IMG/VR virus record: IMGVR_UViG_3300009678_000119
Location: 1-30,502 of that record
Direction: 5' to 3' (one strand)
DNA length: 30,502 nucleotides
DNA from: a virus
Taxonomy: Duplodnaviria; Caudoviricetes
The position numbers and the translations under genes were made by a program. Under the pieces are notes generated by a model that was not told the origin of the DNA, ran no database searches, and saw only the letters and a program-made list of their open reading frames with translations. Each line of letters opens with the position of its first letter. Positions within the stretch are counted from its first letter, which is position 1. Positions 8,203 through 18,100 of this stretch are shown here, piece by piece.

Positions 8203-10170
8203 ATGGTGGCTATAATGGTAGCTAATATACGTGGCTACACTCCTAACTATAATTTCAAACTTGTAAACTTCGACACACCACGTTGGCATACACTTGAGTA
8301 TGCGAACTGGCAGCAACTTGACAACATGTTCTCGCAGTTGGGCACACCTCCTATTAGGGGTGAATGGCTCAACTCGACTATGTATGTAGTAGGTGATCGC
8401 GTCTTTGAAGCTGAAAGCGGCGATTTGTATCGTTGCCTAGTATCACATACAAGTGCTGCACTTGGTTCATTCGATGAGGATCGTGCAGCTAATCCCGACT
8501 ATTGGACAGTACAAGTACTCGGTGTGCCGCTGTATTGTGGTCAGTGGCAGCAAAACACTGTGTATGCGCTTGGTGATATTGTCGTATATGGTGAGTACTC
8601 ATATCACCTCTGTACTACATCACACACATCCACGATTGACTTCCTCGTTGATGCGCCCAATTGGACGCTCGTCTTCGATGCTACTGCCGCAGTCGAGAGC
8701 GTCGAAGAAGACGCCATTGCTGCTGATGAAGACGCCGCTGCTGCTGAAGAGTCACGCATTGCTGCTGAGCAAGCAGCATCACTAGCGTCGAGTGCACAGA
8801 GTGCATTCCGTTGGGGCTTCGACAGCACTCCTGCAATGGCTGATCCCGGCATCGGCAAGTTTCGTGTCAACAACGTCAATCCTATTGGCATCACGCAGCT
8901 TGCACTTAGTGCAATGAGTGCAGACTTCGGCAACCCTAATCTGTCTAGCTGGATTGTTACGTGGGATGATAGTACGACAGCTTCAGCGCGTGGCACCATC
9001 TATCTACGTCGTATAGATGCACCTGAGAACTTCTTCATCTTCACAGTCAACGGCCCTGTGCAGGACTTTGGCACGTGGTTGCAAATATCTGTGCAGGTCG
9101 TCGCATTCGATGGCGCTGTCTTTGAGGGCAGTGCTGTAGCCATTGCATTCGTCCGCACTGGTAACACTGGTGGCAGCGGTGGTGGTACTGGTGACCTTAT
9201 ATCTACTAACAACTTGAGCGACGTTGCAAGCGCGAGCGAGAGTGCTGAGAACCTCGGCTTAGGTGTCACAGACACGCCGACGTTTGTACAAGTACGCATC
9301 AGCCCGCCTACTCTTGACGACCACGCAGCTACTAAGAAGTTCTCCGCTGATGGTGATGTTGGTGTTACTAGTGCATATATAGCTGCTGATGCTGCGATCA
9401 CAGCGGCATATCAAGCTGCTGATACTGCTATCAATTCAAGCAAAGCACCAATTGACTCACCTACATTCACAACCGCAGCTAATGCTCCAACGCCGCCGCT
9501 GAATGATAACGATACTAGCATCGCGACCACAGCGTATGTAATAGGTCAAGCTAGTGCAACTGCTACTGCTCCTGTGATGAATGGCGGCCCTGCTACTGGT
9601 GGCGTAGCTACACGTTGGTCACGTGAAGATCACAAGCATCCTGTAGACACATCACGTGCGCCGCTTGCATCACCTATGTTCACAGGTGATCCACGCCTTG
9701 ATCCTTCAGTTATCCTCGGTGCTGGTGATAGTTCTAATAAGATAGCACACACAGCGTTCGTGCAGACAGCACTAGAGCGTGCAAGTGCTGCTGAGTTTCG
9801 TGACAATAGTCAGCCTAACAAACTGCTCACGCCGGGTGCAGTGTGGACTGCAGCGGCTCCTGTAATAGTTACGCCAGTAGGTACAGCATACACACCTAAT
9901 ATGTCACTTGGCTTTGACTTCTCCATCACACTGGCAAGTGCATCAAACACGCTGTCTAATCCTACTAACGGCAAAGCAGGCCAGAAAGGGCTGATCTACA
10001 TTCTGCAAGGTGCTGGCAGCAGTCAGCTAATCTCATCGTGGGGCAATCTGTATCTCTTCCCTGCTGGTATCAAGCCATTGTTGAGTACACCTGCTAATAG
10101 CGTCGATGTCATATCATACGTGTTCAATGGCACATCCTACTTCTGCACGTTTGTGGCGGACTTCAAATAA
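8203..10170 (+). CDS. Tail fibre protein (start may be 8215)
   Basis: Two W-x4-Y-x2-GD-x-V modules, an Ala/Glu-rich coil, the NNLSDV...NLGLG motif, and SPTFT..A.APT / SPMFTGDP fibre repeats. Confidence 0.8.
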   Translation: MVAIMVANIRGYTPNYNFKLVNFDTPRWHTLEYANWQQLDNMFSQLGTPPIRGEWLNSTMYVVGDRVFEAESGDLYRCLVSHTSAALGSFDEDRAANPDYWTVQVLGVPLYCGQWQQNTVYALGDIVVYGEYSYHLCTTSHTSTIDFLVDAPNWTLVFDATAAVESVEEDAIAADEDAAAAEESRIAAEQAASLASSAQSAFRWGFDSTPAMADPGIGKFRVNNVNPIGITQLALSAMSADFGNPNLSSWIVTWDDSTTASARGTIYLRRIDAPENFFIFTVNGPVQDFGTWLQISVQVVAFDGAVFEGSAVAIAFVRTGNTGGSGGGTGDLISTNNLSDVASASESAENLGLGVTDTPTFVQVRISPPTLDDHAATKKFSADGDVGVTSAYIAADAAITAAYQAADTAINSSKAPIDSPTFTTAANAPTPPLNDNDTSIATTAYVIGQASATATAPVMNGGPATGGVATRWSREDHKHPVDTSRAPLASPMFTGDPRLDPSVILGAGDSSNKIAHTAFVQTALERASAAEFRDNSQPNKLLTPGAVWTAAAPVIVTPVGTAYTPNMSLGFDFSITLASASNTLSNPTNGKAGQKGLIYILQGAGSSQLISSWGNLYLFPAGIKPLLSTPANSVDVISYVFNGTSYFCTFVADFK

Positions 10171-11690
10171 TGCTGCCCGGCATTACACCATCGCTAATGG
10201 GTGGCAAGCTCATTCCGACAGTGGAATACCTTGTTGTTGCTGGTGGTGCTGGTGGTGGTGGATCGAATGCAAGCTGTATTGGTGGTGGAGGTGGTGCTGG
10301 TGGTCTTCTAACAGGGGTGATGGATGATCTTGCTGATAAGACACCATACACTGTTACTGTCGGTGCAAGAGGAAGTTGGTCCGGTGGTTGGGCTAACGGT
10401 GGTCAAGGTGGTAATAGTCAATTCCACACTGTTGTAGCATCAGGCGGTGGCTATGGTGGTGCTGGCAACGGTCAAGGTCTTGGCAACTCTGCTAACAACG
10501 GTGGCAGTGGTGGTGGTGGCGGTGGTTGCTCTGGTGCTACTTCATTCGGTGGTGCTGGTATAGCTGGACAAGGTTTCGCAGGACGTAATGGCTTAACAGG
10601 TGGCAGTGGTGGTGGAGGTGGAGGTGCAGGTGCTGCATCTACTACAGCTAGCGGTGGTGCAGGTGTTGTTAGTTCGATTACAGGTGCAGCAGTCACATAT
10701 TCATCAGGCGGTCATGCTACTGGTTCTTACGGCAACGGCGTGACTCCCGGAGATAGAAACGCAAACAGTGGTGATGGTGGTTACGGTGGTTGGGCTGCTG
10801 CTGGTGGTTACGGTGGTTCAGGCGTTGTAGTTAAACGCTACCCCGGTCCACAGCGTGCAATTGGTGGCACAGTTACGCAGAGCGGTGGTTACACTATACA
10901 CATGTTCACAGCTAGCGGCACTTTCGAGTTCGGTGGTGTAGCTCCTCCAACACTGCCTGATGTCGAGTACATGGTCGTTGCTGGTGGTGGAGGAGGCGGT
11001 GGATCAAGTGCAGGCGCTGTCGGCGGTGGTGGTGGTGCTGGTGGATGGCTCGCAGGCACACTAGCAGGTACTACATTTACAATGAGTACTGGTTACGCTG
11101 TTACAGTAGGTGCAGCAGGGCCGGGCGGTAGTATCTACAGTGGTGGCTTCGGCGGTGCTAGTCAATTTCTCTCTGTATACAGCTACGGCGGTGGATTAGG
11201 TGGTGGTGGCAGCGGTAGTGGTGGTGGTTCACCCGGTGGCAATGGCGGTAGTGGTGGCGGTGGCGGTGGTGCAGGCTTTGTAGGACAAGAAGGTGCGCCG
11301 GGTCTGACTATTGCAGGTGGACAAGGTAGTCATGGAGGCACAGGTTCAGGTGGTGGAGGCGGCGGCGGTGGTGGTGTAGCTGGTGCTGGCAGCGGTGGTA
11401 CTGGTGGCGGTGGCGTATCATACGGCATCACAGGTTCGTCTGTCATTTACGCTGCTGGTGGTCTTAGTGGTGGCTTCGGTAGTGGTGTTCAACCTTCTGC
11501 TCCTGCAGCTAATACAGGTATAGGTGGCAACGGCGGTTGGTCAGCACCGGGTGGATGGGGAAGTGATGGCATTGTCGTTCTTCGTTATCTAAGTGCTACA
11601 CCACGTGCTACAGGTGGCATCATCACGCAAGTTGGTGGCTACGTTATACACAAGTTCGTCGTCTCTAGTACGTTCACGTTCATCACATAG
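10170..11690 (+). CDS. Glycine-rich virion protein with two tandem homologous domains
   Basis: TAATG coupling to the fibre gene; two copies of VEY(L/M)VVAGG...G(V/I)VVxRY...GGY(T/V)IHxF. Confidence 0.8.
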   Translation: MLPGITPSLMGGKLIPTVEYLVVAGGAGGGGSNASCIGGGGGAGGLLTGVMDDLADKTPYTVTVGARGSWSGGWANGGQGGNSQFHTVVASGGGYGGAGNGQGLGNSANNGGSGGGGGGCSGATSFGGAGIAGQGFAGRNGLTGGSGGGGGGAGAASTTASGGAGVVSSITGAAVTYSSGGHATGSYGNGVTPGDRNANSGDGGYGGWAAAGGYGGSGVVVKRYPGPQRAIGGTVTQSGGYTIHMFTASGTFEFGGVAPPTLPDVEYMVVAGGGGGGGSSAGAVGGGGGAGGWLAGTLAGTTFTMSTGYAVTVGAAGPGGSIYSGGFGGASQFLSVYSYGGGLGGGGSGSGGGSPGGNGGSGGGGGGAGFVGQEGAPGLTIAGGQGSHGGTGSGGGGGGGGGVAGAGSGGTGGGGVSYGITGSSVIYAAGGLSGGFGSGVQPSAPAANTGIGGNGGWSAPGGWGSDGIVVLRYLSATPRATGGIITQVGGYVIHKFVVSSTFTFIT

Positions 11691-11703
11691 ACGAGAAGTA
11701 GCT

Positions 11704-11943
11704 ATGGCTATGGTAGAGCAAGTGTACTTGATGATTGACCGAAACGGCATCGTGCGTAATGCATGCGTGTGGGATGGTGAGTCACCATACAGCCCACCGC
11801 TTGATCTGCAGCTAGTGCCACTTGCTGAAGGTGAGTACTACGAGTTCGGCAAGCCGCGTGGCATTGCTAGACCTGCTCCACCTGAAGAACTTGTACCTAC
11901 ACCAACTAATGAAGAGTACAAGGATGATCCAAGCAACGGGTAA
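11704..11943 (+). CDS. Small protein, possibly tail-fibre-associated
   Basis: ATG at 11704 within the 11593..11943 ORF avoids overlap with the upstream gene; 79 aa (G.V.N...WDG...Y.PP). Confidence 0.55.
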   Translation: MAMVEQVYLMIDRNGIVRNACVWDGESPYSPPLDLQLVPLAEGEYYEFGKPRGIARPAPPEELVPTPTNEEYKDDPSNG

Positions 11944-12112
11944 AGCTGCCCACACTGTAGCGGAGGCACTGAAAAGTCAGCCTATCACTCTCGCTGTCGT
12001 TGTGATCAACTTGCTATGCATGGTGATAGTTGGTTTCACTCTCTACAGTGTAGCAGCACGTGCCACTGAACGCGACAAGCTGCTAGCTGAAGTAATACAG
12101 AAGTGCAAATAG
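11924..12112 (+). CDS. Single-TM membrane protein (holin-like candidate)
   Basis: ATG at 11924; hydrophobic stretch ITLAVVVINLLCMVIVGFTLYSV followed by a charged tail. Confidence 0.5.
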   Translation: MIQATGKAAHTVAEALKSQPITLAVVVINLLCMVIVGFTLYSVAARATERDKLLAEVIQKCK

Positions 12113-12122
12113 GAGGAACGTC

Positions 12123-12296
12123 ATGTCAATCGGCTTACTCTTCTGGGTGCTGATGGTGCTGTGGTTCTTCTCATGGCTCGGTACGACGTATGCACCGGGA
12201 CAATGGCCGTGGGCTATTCATGCTAGCACGCTGCTGTTCTTCGTGCTGCTGTTCTTGCTTGGCTGGAAAGTGTTCGGCTTCGTCATTCATGCGTGA
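12123..12296 (+). CDS. Two-TM small membrane protein (holin candidate; not in ORF track)
   Basis: AGGAGG SD; hand translation gives MSIGLLFWVLMVLWFFSWLGTTYAPGQWPWAIHASTLLFFVLLFLLGWKVFGFVIHA (57 aa). Confidence 0.7.
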   Translation: MSIGLLFWVLMVLWFFSWLGTTYAPGQWPWAIHASTLLFFVLLFLLGWKVFGFVIHA

Positions 12297-12299
12297 CGT

Positions 12300-12503
12300 G
12301 TGATGCGCTGGCTGTGTATACTGAGTATACCGTTGCTGCTGTGCGACTGTACATGGCTGCTAGAGCGAGAGCGCCGGTACATAGAACTATCAGCTAGTGA
12401 GTGTGTAGGTGGTAGGATTAACACTGTGAAGCGTACTACTGACACCAATACGGCGGGCCGCTTGCGTAATACTGTCATCACAACAGATGCGTGTTTGTAC
12501 TGA
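12300..12503 (+). CDS. Putative secreted protein or lipoprotein
   Basis: Signal-like MRWLCILSIPLLLCDC; fills the gap exactly; TGATG-coupled to the next gene. Confidence 0.5.
   Translation: MMRWLCILSIPLLLCDCTWLLERERRYIELSASECVGGRINTVKRTTDTNTAGRLRNTVITTDACLY
12316..12330. repeat. Dispersed palindrome copy 3 (GTATACTGAGTATAC)
   Basis: Perfect core in reverse orientation, about 20 nt after the stop at 12296, inside the start of the next ORF. Confidence 0.85.
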
Positions 12504-13048
12504 TGCACATTGAAGAACTACAAACACCGACGCACGGCGTTGACATCGAGATGTTGGCGCAGCTGCATCACGTCGAGTTCGGCGGTGCGCGGGAGTTTAG
12601 TAGTGCAGCAGTAGCAGCGACGTGCTTCAACTTCACGCTCGATAAGCAGCGTGAGCAAGTGAACTGTTGGGTAGCTTACAACTCTAAGGGTGAAGCTGTT
12701 GGCTATCTAGCAGCTACCATCGAGCGCAGCTTCTACAGCTTTCGTCACTACGCCGTGCAGCAGATGTGGTACGTAGTGCCACAGTATCGCACTGGCCAAG
12801 CTGCAAGCGCGCTCATTATGGCATATGAAGAGTGGGCTACTAAACGTCATTGCGAACGTATCTACACGCAAGTTGAACATGATAGCGATCCATCCGTTAC
12901 AGAGCGCGTGTTTAAGTTCTTGACTTTCTTAGGTTATAACAAGCAGGGCTACATAGCTGTGAAAGTGACCAACATCAAACAGGACGAGACAGATGATCCC
13001 GGCACACATCGCACATTGGGCGCAGACGAAGCGCAACAAGTCAAATGA
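12503..13048 (+). CDS. GNAT-family acetyltransferase
   Basis: WYVVPQYRTGQAASALI resembles GNAT motif A; C-terminal FLTFLGY; ATG at 12503 overlaps the upstream TGA. Confidence 0.8.
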   Translation: MHIEELQTPTHGVDIEMLAQLHHVEFGGAREFSSAAVAATCFNFTLDKQREQVNCWVAYNSKGEAVGYLAATIERSFYSFRHYAVQQMWYVVPQYRTGQAASALIMAYEEWATKRHCERIYTQVEHDSDPSVTERVFKFLTFLGYNKQGYIAVKVTNIKQDETDDPGTHRTLGADEAQQVK

Positions 13049-14105
13049 AGAGGCGCGTGTGGCCGTTGTCGCCACACAGCTTACTACGGTTGCTAAGAAG
13101 CATAAGAAGAAGGACGTTGCTCCTGTACTACAGAGCAAGGGCGGCGGTGGTTATCAGCCGCCACCGCAACCATCACCGCAGGAGCAGGCAGCTGCACGTG
13201 AGTGGGAAGCTGCACAAGCGTTCGAGCGTGAGGAGCGACGAGCCGCACGCGAGAAGGCAGTGAGAGATGAAGAGAAACGCATAGCTGATGCTGCGTGGCA
13301 GTCAGGCAAAGGTGCTGCTTACAACTCTGCACTACAGTCAGGCACTAGCCGCTTGCGTGGCATGGGCATCGAAGCTGGTGATCCATACGGTGTGTATAGC
13401 GACTTCACAGGTCGCTTAGGTGGTACTAACGCTGCACTGCAGACTGGCGCAGATTACAGCAGTGCATTCTCACCCACTATCTTGGATGAGATACTTGGCA
13501 GCGCACGCACTGGTCAGCGCACTAAGTACGGCACGCAGTTCGGTCAGCAGATCAACCCTTATTATGCTGAAGATCAGTTCAGCGGCACAAGCGATGACGC
13601 TATCCTGTCTGCTATCCTCGATCAGCAGTACAATGACGCCTTCGCTGACCTCGGTGCAGCACGTGATCGCGGGCAAGCTAGCAGCATCGTCTATGATCGA
13701 GCACTGCGTGACCTCGGCACTGCACGTAGCACTGCCAACACTGAATTGCAGGGCATTGGTCGTGGTGTGTTGGAGGATATTACTGGCGACATCAACCAGC
13801 GTCGTCAGTCGTCACTCGATAGCGCCGCTGCATGGGACTTCGGCTCTACATACGATCCCACTGCAGAAGCTAATCGCATTCGTGGCTATGCTGATGAACG
13901 TCGTGGTCAGCTTGAAGGTGACATCCGCGGTGCTGTGGGTGGTCGTGAGTTCTTTGATGTTAACTCACTCCTCGGCAAGGCGACAGCACGTGCTGGCAAC
14001 CAGACTACGCCCACTACGCAAGGTACGAGTGCGCTGTATGACACGTTCGAGAATGAAGCACAGCGTAACAACAACAGCACGCGCGCCAATGAGGGTACGT
14101 TCTAA
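12993..14105 (+). CDS. Putative internal virion (ejection) protein
   Basis: 370 aa, A/G/Q/S-rich and helical; first of four genes at the usual podovirus ejection-protein position. Confidence 0.6.
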   Translation: MIPAHIAHWAQTKRNKSNEEARVAVVATQLTTVAKKHKKKDVAPVLQSKGGGGYQPPPQPSPQEQAAAREWEAAQAFEREERRAAREKAVRDEEKRIADAAWQSGKGAAYNSALQSGTSRLRGMGIEAGDPYGVYSDFTGRLGGTNAALQTGADYSSAFSPTILDEILGSARTGQRTKYGTQFGQQINPYYAEDQFSGTSDDAILSAILDQQYNDAFADLGAARDRGQASSIVYDRALRDLGTARSTANTELQGIGRGVLEDITGDINQRRQSSLDSAAAWDFGSTYDPTAEANRIRGYADERRGQLEGDIRGAVGGREFFDVNSLLGKATARAGNQTTPTTQGTSALYDTFENEAQRNNNSTRANEGTF

Positions 14106-14116
14106 GGAACACGCTC

Positions 14117-15139
14117 ATGTTTGAAATACTCGGCGGTGTGCTAGGCGCAGGAGCGTCGCTATACGGCGGCATCCTGCAGGCTGAAGCACAAGAAGACGCG
14201 AACCGCATGAATTGGGCGGTGAACGTCATGAACTATCAGCAACGCGAGCGTGAGCGTGCTGAACAGATAGCTATGGCTAACAAGCTGCGTGCTGAGCAGA
14301 AGCAGGGCAGCACTGACATACGCGGCACACGTGTCAAGTTCGTAGAAGGTCAAGGTTGGGTTACAACTGGTGCACCTGAACTACTTGCGTTGATGAAGGC
14401 GCAAGATGCTGAGCAGATGAAACAGCTCAACATCGACGCTCCTATGGCACGCAAGGTGCGTGAGCGTAACTACACGCGCGGTCTGCAAGATGAAGCTATG
14501 GCTGACACATACAGGCGTCAGCTTGGCAACACTGTCACTCCTAGTGATGACGCTTACGCTAACGACTTGTATCTAGCACAAGTCGCTGGCTTGCGTGAGG
14601 GTAGTCAAGATGCAGGTCGTCGTGCATTCACGCAGCTATTCCGCACGAATGACAGCAGCCGCGCTGGTGATGTTGCTGCATCGCTAGCACGTGAGAACAA
14701 TGCAGCATACACAAAGGCGGCGTTGCAAGCAAAGCTGATGGCACGTGGCAGTGGGCAGAAGGAGGCTGACACACGACGCAATCAGCTTGCTAACTTGTAC
14801 AACCTGTTCGCCACTCGCGCTGGTCAAGGTACTGAAGCGAACTTCAAGCCCACTAATATAGACAACTCTGCACAGCTGCAAGCAGCAACGAGTGGTGACC
14901 TCACTACAGGCGCACTTGCTGCTAATTCATACGGCAAGGCTGGTGGTACACTTGACTACGTGCAGCCTAACCTCGGCTACGGCAATGCAGTGAGCGGTGC
15001 AGGCAGTGCACTAGCTAGTGCATTCCGTTCGGCTGGTGCTAGGCAGGCATACGGTGGTGTACAAGGCTTCGGTGGTAATAGCAGTGCTGGCAGTGGTAAT
15101 GACATGTACGTACGGCCTGAATACGGCTCGCCTAATTAA
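14117..15139 (+). CDS. Putative internal virion / pilot protein
   Basis: Hydrophobic Gly/Ala N-terminus (ILGGVLGAGASLYGG) followed by Q/A/R-rich helices. Confidence 0.65.
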   Translation: MFEILGGVLGAGASLYGGILQAEAQEDANRMNWAVNVMNYQQRERERAEQIAMANKLRAEQKQGSTDIRGTRVKFVEGQGWVTTGAPELLALMKAQDAEQMKQLNIDAPMARKVRERNYTRGLQDEAMADTYRRQLGNTVTPSDDAYANDLYLAQVAGLREGSQDAGRRAFTQLFRTNDSSRAGDVAASLARENNAAYTKAALQAKLMARGSGQKEADTRRNQLANLYNLFATRAGQGTEANFKPTNIDNSAQLQAATSGDLTTGALAANSYGKAGGTLDYVQPNLGYGNAVSGAGSALASAFRSAGARQAYGGVQGFGGNSSAGSGNDMYVRPEYGSPN

Positions 15140-15150
15140 GGACATATAGC

Positions 15151-18100
15151 ATGGCCACTCCACGCGCCGGTGTCATACCTACTAGCATCAAGGATGAGAC
15201 TGGCAACATAGCTCGGCGTGAAGCTGAAGCTAATGACAAGCTGGCGCAGCTGTTTATCACGCTCATGGCACAGCGTGAGAGCAGGCGTGAAGCGCGTGAG
15301 TTTCAGGAGTATATGTACAACAGGCGTTCAGCTGATACAGATAGACGCATTGAAGAGCGTTATGGTGGTGGAGCTAATTCAGATCCCGGCAAGCTAAGCC
15401 GTGGTGGATGGTCTAGCACGCCGTCTGTTGTAGGTGGTGGTGGTGGTGGTGGTAGCACTACTAGCAGCGGTGGCGCTGCTCCTCGCTTGCCGGGGCCTTA
15501 TGATGAACCGCCATCGAGCAAGAGGTTCACACCAGATGCGAAGAAGACTAGCAGCTTAGACACTGGTGACATCAACGTCAGTAGCAGTGCACGCAACGCA
15601 TATGCACAAGCGTCACCGCAGGAGACAGTACAACCGCGGAGCAAGACGACATACTATCCGACTAATAAAGCTGGACCTACGTTGACTGGCTTGCCTGCAA
15701 CACCGCGCAAGCCGAAGCCACAAGCTGACTTCGTTAATATACATCCTAGCGTGTTGCAGGCATGGCAACAATCTGAGGATAGGTGGGGCGTGCCACGTGG
15801 GTCGCTGCTATCTACACTAGGCTTTGAGAATGACGGCGGTAGACACGATGGTAAGAATGGCAACAGCAGTGCACGTGGCTGGTTCCAGTGGACTGATGGA
15901 TTGCTGAGTGAGTTCAAGCTGAAGGATAGTGATAGAGACAACCCCATCATCATGGGTGAGGCTACTGCTAAGAACATGTGGCGTAATAATCAGCAGCTAG
16001 TGAAGATAGCTGGTGAGAAGTACAGGCTGGGCAACACGTCTGACGACATACTATTTCACACTGTCAATCACCTACTCGGCATCGGTGATGGTCCTCTCGT
16101 CATCAAGGCGATGAAGGATAACGTCGATCTGCCTATGTCTAAGGTGATGATGCAGAATGTGAAGCTGAAGGATGGCAGGATACGTGACAATGGCACGGTG
16201 CTTGCTGGCAATTTGATACCATCCAATGCAAGCGTGAAGGACTTCTACAAGATACAGTCTGAGCGCGTGATGCCTTGGGTCAATCGTGCTCTTATATACA
16301 ATGACAAGCGCCAGTCACAAGGTGATACGGTACAAGCTGATACAGGTACACCTAGCGCGGGCCTTGGTGATGCTAAGGCATGGTTGAAGTCACGCGCTGC
16401 TAAAGGTACGAACATCGACGGCCTTGATCCACACTACGCTAATGCTATGGCAGCATTGTTGCAGAAGGCTGAACAAGCGACAGGTGAGCGTGCACAGATC
16501 AACTCAGGACATCGCACGTATGAGGAGCAAGCACGGCTGCGTCGTAACTACGAACGCACTGGCCGTGGTCTAGCTGCTCGTCCCGGTCAGTCACGTCATG
16601 AAGATCATACAGGCGAAGGTGGACGTGCAATTGACGTAGCACCGGGTGGTGTGTTGCGTTATCTGCGACAGAATAGACAGCTGGTAGCGCAGCATGGTGG
16701 TGAGTTCTTAGGTGGTTGGGCTGGTAGGCGTGACACTGTGCATATACAGCGTATGCGTCAGCCACACCCTGACTACGCGCAGTACAAGAGTGGTGGTGGT
16801 ACGCAGGTTGCAGCTACTCCTGCCGCACCACAACAGCCTGCTGAACCAGAGACACCAGCTGAACGCCGTGATGTGACGCAGGACTTTAAGTCTGTACCTA
16901 GATCACCAGCGCTCACATTTGACGATGGCCGTAGTAGGTTTGACTTCAGCATCAACAAGCCGCAAGTTGCAACGCAGCAGTTGATCAAGCCCGGTGTTGC
17001 TACTGCTGCAGCTAAGCCAGCTGCACCGCAAGCGCCTAAGCCAGATGTAGCACAAGCAGCGCCTGCACCTGTTGCACCGCAGCAGCCAGCACCACAGCAA
17101 GCACCACAGCCAGCACCAGTAGCACCACCAGCGCCTGCACCGCCAGCTGCAATGAGTGATCAACAGCTGATCGACATGATCATGCCGCGTGCACGGCCTG
17201 ACTTTGAAGCACAAGGTGCACCTAGTGTAGATGAAGGTGGCTTTGAACAAGCGTATCCACCGCCACCGTTTGAAGCTAACTATCCTGAGCCTGCTGTACC
17301 TCCTGCCGCACTCACGATGGGTGGTGGTCGTGACTACAGCGGTGCACAGTCGTTCCCTGATAGCGGCATGCAGCTTCAACAAGGTGCAATGCCTGTAGCT
17401 GCAGGCAATGAATACGCAGCTACGCCTATGGGTGCACAGTCAGTTGATGAAGCTGGCATGCGTCTCGATCCCGGCATGATGACTGCTGCTACTGCTAACG
17501 AGTACGCGCCATCTGTTATGGCTGTACCCGGTACAGCTGAATTTGGTGGTGATGTACTAGCAGCCGCACCGGGCAATGAGTTTGAAGTGCCCAACATGGC
17601 AGCTGCTGCAGGCAATGAGTTCGCACCACCGCCTAAGCTGCCGGGTGCTAACTTGACTATGCCTACGCAGCCGTTCGACAGGCGTGAACGTGCTGAAGGC
17701 ATGCGTGCACCACGTGAACCTACGTTGCCTGCTGATTACATCTCACCTGTTAATCGTGCTAAAGCGATCTTCAACGTAGGTCAGCCTACACCATCGCAGA
17801 GTGACATACCTGAAATACCGCAGCAGCAGGAAGGTGAACAAGTACCACAGCAGAGTTGGTGGCCACCGCCGCATGAACGCTACAAGATGCAGAACGACGT
17901 GCGTAATGCATTGTTCGGCAAGGTGCGTGATGCATTCACTATTGATCCTAGCGTGCATGAGAAGACAGCGCAGGCGTTTCAGAGCTTGATGCCTCAAGCA
18001 GGTGACAAGCCGCTGCCTACGCAAGGTGCTGCTGTTGATGTCGCTAAGCAAGCGCCGCAGTATGCATCAGCTGCGTGGGATAGATTGCAGGCAGCAATAG

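Noticed and set aside
8092-8203. Readthrough from nozzle into tail fibre (same frame)
   Set aside because: A second in-frame TGA at 8116-8118 blocks it.
10170-11690. Diversity-generating retroelement template/variable repeat pair, or GGT microsatellite
   Set aside because: No reverse transcriptase in the window, the two halves differ at all base types, and the GGT runs are glycine codons.
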